From an uncultured Clostridia bacterium (GTDB lineage Bacteria > Bacillota > Clostridia > TANB77 > CAG-508), in contig CANPZY010000001.1 in NCBI GenBank assembly GCA_947588945.1, forward strand, positions 17,446-81,445: 64,000 bases of DNA. The letters run 5' to 3'. Under the pieces are notes generated by a model. The model worked only from the letters and a program-made list of their open reading frames with translations. It was not told the origin of the DNA and searched no databases. The translations under genes were made by a program, and so were the position numbers. Position 1 is the first letter of the stretch; each line of letters begins with the position of its first letter. Shown here piece after piece: positions 48,789 through 58,270 of this stretch.

Positions 48789-48826
48789 TAAAATGAAAGT
48801 AGATTTTTGTGTCTACTTTCATTTTA
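48789..48826. terminator. Bidirectional terminator between the PBP gene and ftsL
   Basis: AATGAAAGTAGA / TCTACTTTCATT 12-bp stem flanked by A/T runs. Confidence 0.65.
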
Positions 48827-48840
48827 TCACTCCACTATTT

Positions 48841-49341
48841 TTATTCTCCTTTAAGTGTTTTTAAAAACTTTTGCCACCATGTTTCTGTTTTGTTTTCATC
48901 TACATTTGTAGCAGATTCAACATAATCCTTTTTTTGAAGATTTATATATACTTTTTGATTATTATCTAATTTTTGCATTCCTAATTTTTCTTTTGCAGCC
49001 TGTTCTATATTATTTATATTCATTCCTTGCTCAATGCTTACCTGTAATTGAGCATTTTGTTTTTGAAGATTTGCTAAACTTGCTTTCAAATTTTCTTTTT
49101 CTGAAAAACGCGAATTTATTATGGCATACCTATAACTTATTGCTAAAAATACTATAAATCCTATACCAATCTCTAGAATATGTTTAATATTTTTTCTAGT
49201 CTGAATTAACTGAGCCTTTTTTATTTTTCTTTTTAATTCTTCTCTATTATGAATTGTATTATGAGTATTTTTTCTTTTTCTATTTACATACTCTGTTTCT
49301 TCTTTTCTAGGACTAGTTTCATATTCATAGTAATTTATCAT
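48841..49341 (-). CDS. ftsL: FtsL/DivIC-like septum-formation protein
   Basis: 166 aa with a basic N-terminus, a single TM segment and a coiled coil (LKASLANLQKQNAQLQ). Located after rsmH. Confidence 0.7.
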   Translation of the reverse strand: MINYYEYETSPRKEETEYVNRKRKNTHNTIHNREELKRKIKKAQLIQTRKNIKHILEIGIGFIVFLAISYRYAIINSRFSEKENLKASLANLQKQNAQLQVSIEQGMNINNIEQAAKEKLGMQKLDNNQKVYINLQKKDYVESATNVDENKTETWWQKFLKTLKGE

Positions 49342-49368
49342 AAGTTATCACCTCCTAACTTTTCAGTT

Positions 49369-50298
49369 TTACTTTTCTTGTTTTTCAAATATTCTAAGTT
49401 TGGCACTCTTAGATCTTGAATTTATTTTTATTTCATCATCGCTTGCTTCTATTGGCTTTTTTGTTATTATTTTTCCTAAAGACTTATATCCACATACACA
49501 ATATGGTAAATCTTTTGGGCAAGTACATTTTCCTTGTGCATCTATAAATGCATCCTTAACAGCTCTATCTTCTAAAGAATGAAAAGTTATAATACAAATC
49601 CTTCCTCCATTTTTTAAACAATCAATAGAGTTTAAAACTGTATTATATAATGGCTTTATTTCATTATTAACTTCTATTCTAATTGCTTGAAATGTTCGTT
49701 TTGCAGGATGTCCATCATTTGAAAATGGTTTCGATTTTTGAACTATTTCTGCTAATCTTTTTGTTGTTGTAATTTTTTCTTTTTTTCTTTCAATGCAAAT
49801 ATTTTTTGCAATAGTCTTAGAAAATCTTTCTTCTCCATATTCAAATATTATTTTTGCTAAATCTTCTTCACTATATTCATTTACAACTTCTAATGCAGAT
49901 AACTTCTGGCTCTGATCCATTCTCATATCTAAAATATTATCACTATTGTAGCTAAATCCTCTTTCTCTTTCATCAAGCTGATATGACGAAACTCCCAAGT
50001 CTAAAAGTATACCATCAACTTTATCTATATTTAAATCAGATAATATTTTATTAATATCATCATGATTTCCATGTACTAATTTATAATTTGTATATGGCAC
50101 TAAATTTTTTTTTGCAGTTTCTATTGCGTCTTTATCTCTATCTATTCCTATAAGTAATCCCTTATCTGACAATTTTTCTATTATTTTTTTACTATGTCCT
50201 GCTCCTCCAATTGTCCCATCTACATATATTCCATCTTTTTTTATATTTAGTCCATTTATACATTCATCTAACAATACAGGAATATGTTTAAATTCCAA
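49369..50298 (-). CDS. rsmH: 16S rRNA (cytosine1402-N4)-methyltransferase RsmH
   Basis: FKHIPVLL and DGTIGGAGHS motifs. The likely start is the TTG at 50298 (RBS AAGAGGTG). The ORF track extends to 50334. Confidence 0.92.
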   Translation of the reverse strand: MEFKHIPVLLDECINGLNIKKDGIYVDGTIGGAGHSKKIIEKLSDKGLLIGIDRDKDAIETAKKNLVPYTNYKLVHGNHDDINKILSDLNIDKVDGILLDLGVSSYQLDERERGFSYNSDNILDMRMDQSQKLSALEVVNEYSEEDLAKIIFEYGEERFSKTIAKNICIERKKEKITTTKRLAEIVQKSKPFSNDGHPAKRTFQAIRIEVNNEIKPLYNTVLNSIDCLKNGGRICIITFHSLEDRAVKDAFIDAQGKCTCPKDLPYCVCGYKSLGKIITKKPIEASDDEIKINSRSKSAKLRIFEKQEK

Positions 50299-50496
50299 AT
50301 TTACACCTCTTTTATATATATTATTTAATGGCATATATCTTAATAATATATGCCATTTTCTCCTTTGTTCATTAAATTTTGTATCATTTGTAAAAATCTA
50401 TAATGTATTTAATTTATGTTTAATTATTAAGACATAATCATTTGTTAATTTACAATTAATCATTTGTAAAATAAAATTATTCCTTAGTATTATCGT

Positions 50497-50812
50497 ATTT
50501 TTATCTTCTGTTCAAATTTTTCTTTCGTAATATTTTTTTATTTTATCTTTTGAACTTTTTTCTTTTGTGAAATTTTTCTTTTCATTTTATCTTTTGTTTA
50601 AAATTTTTTACTTTATCATTTGTTCATATCTTTCTTTAGTTAAATCTTTTTTCATCTTTTCTTTGGTTAAATCTTTTTAAATTTTATCTTTTGTTCACTT
50701 TTTTCTTTTGTTTAAATTTTTTTAATTTTATCTTTTGTTCATTTTTTTCTTTTGTTTAAATCTTTTAATTTTATCTTTTGTTTATCTTTTTCTTTTGTTG
50801 AGATTTTCTTTA
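50497..50812. repeat. Tandem array of about 7-8 units of 43-44 bp in the mraZ-rsmH spacer
   Basis: The unit is ATTTTATCTTTTGTTCAyTTTTTTCTTTTGTTTAAATyTTTTTA. Unit starts lie at 50497, 50540, 50584, 50681, 50725 and 50768, with two degenerate units in between. Confidence 0.85.
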
Positions 50813-50838
50813 GTAAAATTTATATAAACTTTTTCAAG

Positions 50839-51279
50839 TTATATACTAAGCATTCCTAAGTTTGCCATGTTTTCAGCAATTTGATCTGCTGAAATATTCT
50901 CTTCGCTGTTATATTTCTTCCATTTATCTCTATCCCAGATTTCAATACGAGTCCCAACACCTGTAATTACAACTTCTTTATTTAAATCTGAATATTCTCT
51001 CAAATTTGATGAAATTAAAAATCTTCCCTGTTTATCTATTTCGCATTCCATTGCACCTGATAAGAAAAATCTTACAAAGTCTCTCGCATTTTTATTAGTT
51101 AGTGGTAATGTTTTAAGTTTTTCTTGAAAGTTGTCCCATTCTTTTTGTGAAAATCCAAATAAGCATCCATCTAATCCTTTTGTTATTATAAATTTGTCTC
51201 CTATGTCTTCTCTAATCTTAGCTGGCATTATCAATCTACCTTTTGCATCTAGAGAATGCTCATATTCGCCTATTAACAA
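50839..51279 (-). CDS. mraZ: Transcriptional regulator MraZ
   Basis: 146 aa, TTG start with a GGAGGTGA RBS. Two SpoVT-AbrB repeats ([24 protein letters not shown]). Confidence 0.92.
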   Translation of the reverse strand: MLIGEYEHSLDAKGRLIMPAKIREDIGDKFIITKGLDGCLFGFSQKEWDNFQEKLKTLPLTNKNARDFVRFFLSGAMECEIDKQGRFLISSNLREYSDLNKEVVITGVGTRIEIWDRDKWKKYNSEENISADQIAENMANLGMLSI

Positions 51280-51297
51280 CTTTCTTTCACCTCCTTA

Positions 51298-51324
51298 CCA
51301 CATTACACCACTTTGTTCCACTTT
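51298..51324 (-). promoter_or_regulatory. Putative MraZ operator (three direct repeats, 10-nt period)
   Basis: The minus strand reads AAAGTGG-aac-AAAGTGG-tgt-AATGTGG just upstream of the mraZ RBS. It resembles reported MraZ boxes, which are GTGG-containing direct repeats with 10-nt periodicity. Confidence 0.55.
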
Positions 51325-51510
51325 CAACTAAATTTTAATACAACAAAAAAGAAAATGCAATACTTTTATTAAAATTTTTTTGTAAATTTGCATTTTTCTT
51401 ACAAACAAAATTTACTTTTTTAATTTACTAAATTTGCATTTTCTTCTTTAATTTATATTTATATAATAATTTCTAGAAAATAATATCGTCCTATTTAAAA
51501 CCCAATATAA

Positions 51511-52476
51511 CTAATTAATCTTTTTATTTTCCATGTTTTCAAAAACTTTATCTCTTGATTTTCTTCTATCAATTACATAAGTACTTCCATAAATTGTTTT
51601 TGCTAAATGTTTAACAGACGCTCCTGCCTCTCCAATCTCTAGTATATTTTTAAATCTTTCTTTTGTTACATCTACAATTCCTATTGAAACTGAAGTTAAT
51701 GGATATTGCTCCATTATTCCCTTTCTATTTTCTACTTCTAAGAATCCTTGTTCATAATCTTTTTTGCTAAAAAATTTCGATAGACCTGCATCAAATTCTG
51801 TAATAATTCCTTGTGCAATTTTTTCGTAATCAACTCCCTCTGTTATAGCAATAAAGTCATCTCCTCCAATATGTCCAACAAAATTCTGATCATATTCCTC
51901 TTTTAGAATATTATCTTGTATTACTTTAGCAGTAAATTTTATTACTTCATCTCCATTTGAAAAACCATAAGTATCATTATAAGCTTTAAAATTATCTAAG
52001 TCAACATAAAGTATCGCAAACTCTTTTCCTTTTGATAATCTCTTCTTCATCTCTGCTTGTATTTGAACATTTCCTGGTAATCCAGTTAATGGATTTACCA
52101 TTCTATTGCAATCAAGTAGTCTCATTATATTTTTTACATTATAATATAATATATCATTATCAATAGGCTTTTCTAAATACATTTCTACATCATTTTTTAA
52201 TATTTCTATTATGTGTTCTTTATTATGATTTGAAGAAACCATAATTATTGGCGTTATTGAATTTTCTTCATCATTTCTAACTTTTTTTACATATTCTAAT
52301 ATATTTTTTTCTATACTATCTTCATCTATAACCAAAATATCTGGAATGTTTTTTAGTCCTTTTTCAATCTGATTTTGTGATAATTTTTTTATTTTTATTC
52401 CTTGCTCTTTTTTAAACTTTTCATCTAAACTTAGTTTTATTTTGCCATCTTTATCTAATACATAAATAGATTTCAT
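51511..52476 (-). CDS. Response regulator with a GGDEF-family output domain (GGDDF variant)
   Basis: 321 aa. REC-like N-terminus (VLDKD, ILVIDED, YLEKP), then a GGDEF domain (DPLTGLPGN-like NPLTGLPGN, DLDNFKAYND, HIGGDDF). Confidence 0.85.
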   Translation of the reverse strand: MKSIYVLDKDGKIKLSLDEKFKKEQGIKIKKLSQNQIEKGLKNIPDILVIDEDSIEKNILEYVKKVRNDEENSITPIIMVSSNHNKEHIIEILKNDVEMYLEKPIDNDILYYNVKNIMRLLDCNRMVNPLTGLPGNVQIQAEMKKRLSKGKEFAILYVDLDNFKAYNDTYGFSNGDEVIKFTAKVIQDNILKEEYDQNFVGHIGGDDFIAITEGVDYEKIAQGIITEFDAGLSKFFSKKDYEQGFLEVENRKGIMEQYPLTSVSIGIVDVTKERFKNILEIGEAGASVKHLAKTIYGSTYVIDRRKSRDKVFENMENKKIN

Positions 52477-52500
52477 ATTATACCTTCCTAATTTTTTAAA

Positions 52501-53571
52501 TTAAAATTCTACTGTTGCTGTTTTTGTATCTGATAAACCATTTACATTTGTTACAGTAACTTCCACTGTGTGTGTTCCAGATTCTACTGGTAAACTTGCT
52601 GAAACTTCTTTTAAGTCTAAAGATTCTTCTCCACTATCAACAGTTTCACCATCAATATCTATTACTATTCTACTAATTCCTTGATCATCTTGTGCTTTAA
52701 TAATTAAATTTTGTCCGTCTTTTAATAAATCAAAAATTGGTTTTGTATCACCTATTACATTCTCTGTTCTTGTTTCTCTATTTCCTTGTGCATCAACTGC
52801 AATTATAGTAAGTTTATTTTGACCTTCTGGAACATCTACATCTGTTTCAATATTTTGTTTATCATCATTATCTTCTTCTAAATCAACTCTTGTTGCTTCT
52901 TCATTATTCCAGCTATATGTTATATAATCCATCTCAACATCATCAGTAGCAGTTATTTTAAGCTTTGTTCCTGAAATTGCTATGTCAATACTTGGTTTGT
53001 TAGCATCTGTGCTATCAAATATATATTGACGATGGAAATTATGTTTATTTCCATTAAAGTCTGTTACTGTCATATATAAAATATTATTTCCGTTTGGAAT
53101 TTGTATAGTAGTTTCAAATAATACTGTTCCATTTCCTTCTATATTTACAGATTCACCTTCATTCCATTTATAAGAAAATTCTTTAATTGGATGTTCTGTT
53201 TCTACTGTAATTTTAGTTTCTTTTCCCATTTGAAGAGGATATACTTTAGGATTATCTTCAACTTTTTTTCTTTTTGCAACCATTGCATAAGTTGATTCTC
53301 CTATTAAAAATAAACCAAACAATATTATTATTATACAAAAAATTTTGATAACTTTAGATATCTCTGCTTTATTACTTGTAGCATTTGCTCTTTTAATTGT
53401 ATCATTATATCCTGAATTACGACTTGGCTTAGATTGAACATAATTATAGCCTGGTTGATCTATCGGAAAGCTTTGACTTTTTGGTTGCATATTTATTGGA
53501 TTATTTTGTATATTTTTATCATTTTCTTGCTTTTTATCAGGTTCGTTATTCATTGATAAAATTTGGTTCAT
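52501..53571 (-). CDS. Type II membrane protein with three Ig-like repeats
   Basis: 356 aa. N/Q/P-rich cytoplasmic tail, one TM segment, and three units of about 85 aa with the pattern Y.WN..E...(G.N.L.I...D..GN). Confidence 0.65.
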   Translation of the reverse strand: MNQILSMNNEPDKKQENDKNIQNNPINMQPKSQSFPIDQPGYNYVQSKPSRNSGYNDTIKRANATSNKAEISKVIKIFCIIIILFGLFLIGESTYAMVAKRKKVEDNPKVYPLQMGKETKITVETEHPIKEFSYKWNEGESVNIEGNGTVLFETTIQIPNGNNILYMTVTDFNGNKHNFHRQYIFDSTDANKPSIDIAISGTKLKITATDDVEMDYITYSWNNEEATRVDLEEDNDDKQNIETDVDVPEGQNKLTIIAVDAQGNRETRTENVIGDTKPIFDLLKDGQNLIIKAQDDQGISRIVIDIDGETVDSGEESLDLKEVSASLPVESGTHTVEVTVTNVNGLSDTKTATVEF

Positions 53572-53664
53572 TCTATATTTTCCTTTCTAAATTTTATACA
53601 ATTTAATTGCATTATAGCATACCGTTTTTTTAATGTAAATAATTTTTTTAATTTAAAATATGTG

Positions 53665-53708
53665 CTAAAAAAATAGATATATATTTTTTTCTATATATCT
53701 ATTTTTTA
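53665..53708 (-). terminator. Terminator after the adhesin gene
   Basis: ATAGATATATA / TATATATCTAT stem flanked by A7/T6. Confidence 0.55.
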
Positions 53709-53737
53709 CTTTTTTTATTAAATTATTATATTATCTT

Positions 53738-56700
53738 TTATATAACAAATCTTTTAATTATCAATGCTCCAATTCCTACAATTAGTATTGTTCCTGCTAT
53801 TAAAGAAATATATATTGGTGCTGATCCAGTTACTACTGTTAATACTACTGGTGCATCATCTATATCATCTTCCCCATCTTTCTTATTATTTGGTGTTGAG
53901 TCTATATCTGGTGTATCTGATGGGTTATCATCTTCACTTATTTCTGCTACATTGACCTTCTGACTTAAGTTATTTTCATCATTTATCCATGTTAATGTTA
54001 CTTCTATTGTTGCTGTCTCTCCTGGTTGTAATAATGTGTCTTTTAATTGATCTGTTACTATCTTTCCATTTTCTTCTTTCCATTTTGGATTATCTGCTTG
54101 ATTGAATTTTAATCCTTCTGGTATATAGTCTGATATCTCTGTTGCGTATCCTTCTATCTCTCCTTCATTCTTTATCCTTATTTGATATCTAAACTTGATT
54201 ATTGTGTTTTCTATTCTCTTTTTGTTTAATTCTACCTTTACTACTGGCTCTGGATCTTGTTCTGCATAATGCCCTGTATCCATCTCTTTTTGTACACCAT
54301 CTTCTATTAATATTACTTGACTTACCCATTTCCTTAAGCTTAAATCAAAGTATTTTACATATACTTTTTCTGTATCTTCGTCATCTTCACCTTTCCATTC
54401 GTCCGGTGTCGAATCTTCATCATCTACATCATTTCCATTCTTATCTGTATCTTTGCTTATCTCTGCATGGTTCGTAATTATTCTATCTTCTGTATTTGGC
54501 ATTTCTATTTTAAATGCTACTTTTACATCTCTATAGTCTGGCACGTCCATTGTCTCTCTATCATAGCCTTTTAGTAAGTTTTCTCCTTCTGTTTGTTCTT
54601 TTTCCTTTGATAGATAATCTGTTCTTATTGTTACTGCTTTTTTTACATCTGTTGTTACATTTCCTTCTTCATCATATAATACCCAGCCATATTCATTATT
54701 TATTTCATTGTCTTCTACAAACTCTAATCCATCTGGTATATCATCCTTTATTTCTGCTGCATATCCTGATTTTGTTCCTTCATTATATACTCTTATTGTG
54801 TATATTACTATATCATTTTGACTTACTCTTACTGGTTCTTTTGTATGTTCATAAGTCATTGATGTTATTTCTTTTCCATCCTCTATTGTTCCATATTTTG
54901 ATGTATCTACTCTTGGTATTCTATTTGTTATTTCTTCATCATTGACGCCTGTTATAAACTTTCTTAATGCCAAGTCAAATTTTTCTAAAATTAGTTTTTC
55001 AAAATCATCATCATCTTCTTGTCCTTCATAATAGTAGTCTGAATCTGACAAATCATCTTTATTTGTATCTTTACCTTTATAATTTGGTAAATCTTCATCT
55101 TGTGGTAATATTACATTCTTTTCATTATCTCTATCAACTAAGTTTTCTTCATTACTGCTCTTTGTAATATCAGCTATATTAGTTATTGTTTTTTGAGTTT
55201 GTGCTGTCTTTACAACTCTACATCTTACTTGTATGTCTTTATATGATAACTCACCACTATCTCTGTTAAATGATACTATTATGTTATCTGTATCATGATC
55301 TTTTGATAAATACGTTGTTCTTATAGTTCTTTGAGTAGCATCTGCACTATCTAATAACCATAAATATCTTTGATTTAGCTCATCATCAGGTAAAAACTCC
55401 AATTCTGGTGGTAAATGATCAACAATTTCATCTGCATATCCATCTACTTGTCCCTCATTATATATTCTTAATGTATATGTTACTATATCACCTACTGATA
55501 CACTAATTGGAACTTTTGTATGTTTGTATTTAGCTGTTTTTTCTCCATTTAAAAGTGGTGAAACATCCACTACTGGCTCTCTATCATATTTTCCGTTTTT
55601 ACTTAACTCTACTCCATTTACTTCAGTAATAAATTTTCTTAATGCTAAATCAAAATATTTTCCAGGTAGCACTAAATCTTCATAATCATCATCATCTTCA
55701 TAACCTTTACCTTGTGTTGAAGTTCCAGGATTGTATGAATCCTTTTGATTATCTGTTAAATTATTTGGCTGTGAATCTCTATCTTGTGCATTTTCTGCAT
55801 TATATGCACTTGTTATTTCTGCAACATTTTTTAAATGCTTGTCTGTTGATTGAACTTCTGCATTAACAATACACTCAACTTGTAAATCTTTATAATCTAT
55901 TGTATATTTTCCGTCAGCTCCTGCTGTTTTATTAAATGCTTTTATAATATTATCTTTATTATCTTCTTCGTCAGTAGCTCCCTCATTGTACTTGCCATCT
56001 TTATATTTTCTAGACAAATATTTAGTTCTTATTATTTTTGCATTATCAGCATCTGCTTGCCATCCATACTGAGCATTTATTGTACTTTGGTCAGCTGGAA
56101 CTAAACTTAATCCATCTGGTAAATAATCCATTATCTCTTCTGCATAACCATCAATTTCGCCTTCATTATATACTCTAATTGTATAAACTACTTTATTACC
56201 TGTTTTTACTGATATTGGATCTTTTGTATGAGTTTTTGTACTTGTTGTTCCATTATCTAATATTGATGTTCCATTTGTTGCTAATGCTCTAAGGCTTTCC
56301 TGTGTAATTTCAGGTTCTCTTGAAGGTGATACAGGGTTTCCAGCAACCTGTGTTATAAATTTTCTTAAACTTAAATCAAACTTAGGTTTTGCTATTTGTT
56401 TTGTATCCTCAACAGAAAATTCTTTATCTGTTTTTTCTATTATAACAACTGGCTGATTAGTTTCTACAGATGATTCAGGAGTAGACCAATATGTTAATGT
56501 CTTAACTTCTTTCTTACCTGAAATTTTTATATTAACATTATTTGCTGAAGTTCCAACAGGTAATTTTATATAAAATTGTTCATCTAAAACTGAATTAACT
56601 TTATCAGTAATCGTACTTCCACTAATCTCAGATTTATCTGCCTTAACTAATGTAACATTATCATTTTCTTTATTATCAACTAAAATTTTTACATTAAAGT

Positions 56701-57586
56701 TTAATATATTATCAGCTTTAGTTACTTTGTATGGACCTACATAATAATATCCATTTTCAAGTGTTGATGTTGCATTATTTTTATCTAATGTTATAACATT
56801 ATCCTCATTTAATTCACTTGAAGTATAGTCGTAATCACTTTTACTTTCTAATTGATTTATAAAATATTGGTATAAAGTTACAATTGGACTTTCAATACCA
56901 AAATCATATTTATCATCTATATTTGTTCCTTGTACTGAAGGAGTACTTGAAAAATAAAATGTTCCTAACCCAGATGGTTGATACTTATCTCCTTTGTTAG
57001 TTATATACCATATAGCAGATTGTTGAATCACTTCAATTATATCTTTAAACTCATCATCTGTCATTTTTTTAGTATTAGTTTCAAAATCCGATCTATCTAA
57101 TTCAGCTTTTCCTAATAATTCATCTACTGAATCTGAATCCTCAGGTAAGCATATTGTATCTAATACCCACATTAATTTATTGTATTCACTGTCTGTTGAT
57201 GGTAAAGCACTTTTAAATTTTTCTCCTATTTCACTAGGTTTTCTCATATCAAATCTATTTGTATATTCTACAGTTTTTGCAGTTGAAGCTCCAACATCTG
57301 TTGCTCCAAAACCAACTCCATCTTTTAAGCAATAAATTGCTCTATTAGGTTTAGTTGTTTCAACTGTTCCTTGTTTGTTATACTCAACTATTTTTATTAC
57401 TGGATGACTGTCATTTTTTTGTTCATTTCCTACTGTATAATATCCTGTTTTTCTAGTATTTCCATAATTATACAATCCTAAAGTGATTCCATTAGAATCA
57501 AGGACTGCGAAACTGTAATTACTAAATGTAATTATTGAAAATATAAAAATAGTTATCAATAATAAAGATTTATAGAATTTTCTCAT
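53738..57586 (-). CDS. Large surface adhesin: N-terminal thioester-like domain plus four DUF11-type repeats and a C-terminal anchor
   Basis: 1282 aa with a signal peptide. YCLKDG and QQSAIWY resemble thioester-domain Cys and Gln motifs. The unit FDL(A/S)LRKF...HTK.P..V..GD.V.YT.R.YNEG...GYA.EI.D..P.GLEF occurs four times. The C-terminus is VVTGSAP, then a TM segment, then KRFVI. Confidence 0.85.
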   Translation of the reverse strand: MRKFYKSLLLITIFIFSIITFSNYSFAVLDSNGITLGLYNYGNTRKTGYYTVGNEQKNDSHPVIKIVEYNKQGTVETTKPNRAIYCLKDGVGFGATDVGASTAKTVEYTNRFDMRKPSEIGEKFKSALPSTDSEYNKLMWVLDTICLPEDSDSVDELLGKAELDRSDFETNTKKMTDDEFKDIIEVIQQSAIWYITNKGDKYQPSGLGTFYFSSTPSVQGTNIDDKYDFGIESPIVTLYQYFINQLESKSDYDYTSSELNEDNVITLDKNNATSTLENGYYYVGPYKVTKADNILNFNVKILVDNKENDNVTLVKADKSEISGSTITDKVNSVLDEQFYIKLPVGTSANNVNIKISGKKEVKTLTYWSTPESSVETNQPVVIIEKTDKEFSVEDTKQIAKPKFDLSLRKFITQVAGNPVSPSREPEITQESLRALATNGTSILDNGTTSTKTHTKDPISVKTGNKVVYTIRVYNEGEIDGYAEEIMDYLPDGLSLVPADQSTINAQYGWQADADNAKIIRTKYLSRKYKDGKYNEGATDEEDNKDNIIKAFNKTAGADGKYTIDYKDLQVECIVNAEVQSTDKHLKNVAEITSAYNAENAQDRDSQPNNLTDNQKDSYNPGTSTQGKGYEDDDDYEDLVLPGKYFDLALRKFITEVNGVELSKNGKYDREPVVDVSPLLNGEKTAKYKHTKVPISVSVGDIVTYTLRIYNEGQVDGYADEIVDHLPPELEFLPDDELNQRYLWLLDSADATQRTIRTTYLSKDHDTDNIIVSFNRDSGELSYKDIQVRCRVVKTAQTQKTITNIADITKSSNEENLVDRDNEKNVILPQDEDLPNYKGKDTNKDDLSDSDYYYEGQEDDDDFEKLILEKFDLALRKFITGVNDEEITNRIPRVDTSKYGTIEDGKEITSMTYEHTKEPVRVSQNDIVIYTIRVYNEGTKSGYAAEIKDDIPDGLEFVEDNEINNEYGWVLYDEEGNVTTDVKKAVTIRTDYLSKEKEQTEGENLLKGYDRETMDVPDYRDVKVAFKIEMPNTEDRIITNHAEISKDTDKNGNDVDDEDSTPDEWKGEDDEDTEKVYVKYFDLSLRKWVSQVILIEDGVQKEMDTGHYAEQDPEPVVKVELNKKRIENTIIKFRYQIRIKNEGEIEGYATEISDYIPEGLKFNQADNPKWKEENGKIVTDQLKDTLLQPGETATIEVTLTWINDENNLSQKVNVAEISEDDNPSDTPDIDSTPNNKKDGEDDIDDAPVVLTVVTGSAPIYISLIAGTILIVGIGALIIKRFVI

Positions 57587-57744
57587 TCAATATATCCTCC
57601 AATAAATTTAGACTTTTAATATATTTTTTATATTTAGATTTTATACACACTACATATATATTATATTACAAAAATCGTTTAAAATCAATATTTTGGGCAA
57701 CATTTTAATATTATTTTTAAATTTTTTCTTTTATTATAAAAAAT

Positions 57745-57779
57745 TAAAAAAGCGCATCGGAGAAAATTCTCCAACACGC
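57745..57779 (-). terminator. GC-rich intrinsic terminator
   Basis: The minus strand reads GCGTGTTGGAGA-attt-TCTCCGATGCGC, a 12-bp stem including G-U pairs, followed by T7. Confidence 0.7.
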
Positions 57780-57787
57780 TCGGACTT

Positions 57788-58222
57788 TTAGGCTGTTTTG
57801 TTTTTTAATGCCTCGAACAACTCTTCTTCGGACCATTCGAAGCCATTTTCTTTTTCATTTTCGGGATCAATAAGTTTCGCTAATTCAGTTGCTGAGTATA
57901 TTTTTTCAGCTCTAATTTTCATATTGACTACATTCATAAGCTTTTCAATGTACTTTGACAAATCTTCTGTAGTCTTTTTTATTTCTTCTAGATAAGCTTC
58001 CTTATCTGACATATAAAAAGCTGTTAGTAATGCTTCTGAATATAGCAATTGTTTCTCTGGGTTATCAGAAATCTTCATAATTTCGTTCCAGTCCCTACGA
58101 GTTAACTTTTTAATACCCTCAGCCCATTCAAGAGTTTCTTTTAAATACTCCTTCTTTCTGTAAGCCCCACTTTCCGGGCATCTCACAATCGCGCCTACCC
58201 GGCCACTGTCTGTCTTACTCAT
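57788..58222 (-). CDS. Hypothetical helical protein (144 aa) with atypically high G+C
   Basis: ORF with RBS AAAGGAGAGGGAG. The 5' part reads GACAGTGGCCGGGTAGGCGCGATTGTGAGATGCCCGGAAAGTGGGGC, unlike the surrounding AT-rich DNA. No family recognised. Confidence 0.6.
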   Translation of the reverse strand: MSKTDSGRVGAIVRCPESGAYRKKEYLKETLEWAEGIKKLTRRDWNEIMKISDNPEKQLLYSEALLTAFYMSDKEAYLEEIKKTTEDLSKYIEKLMNVVNMKIRAEKIYSATELAKLIDPENEKENGFEWSEEELFEALKNKTA

Positions 58223-58270
58223 GTTGCTCCCTCTCCTTTGTTTAAAATAAGTATCTCTACTCTATAAAAT

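Noticed and set aside
50497-50812. CRISPR array interpretation of the tandem arrays (also 38438-38545)
   Set aside because: The units are head-to-tail with no unique spacers between them, the repeats are degenerate and AT-only, and no cas genes are present.
53764-55866. Several plus-strand ORFs (63-143 aa, L/H-rich) inside the adhesin gene
   Set aside because: These are antisense readings of the D/E/N-rich coding strand. They give monotonous LLHL strings with no starts backed by an RBS.
57587-57787. c-di-GMP riboswitch upstream of the adhesin gene, as known for some clostridial adhesins
   Set aside because: The region is AT-rich, with no GC-rich helices or conserved GEMM-type motifs visible.
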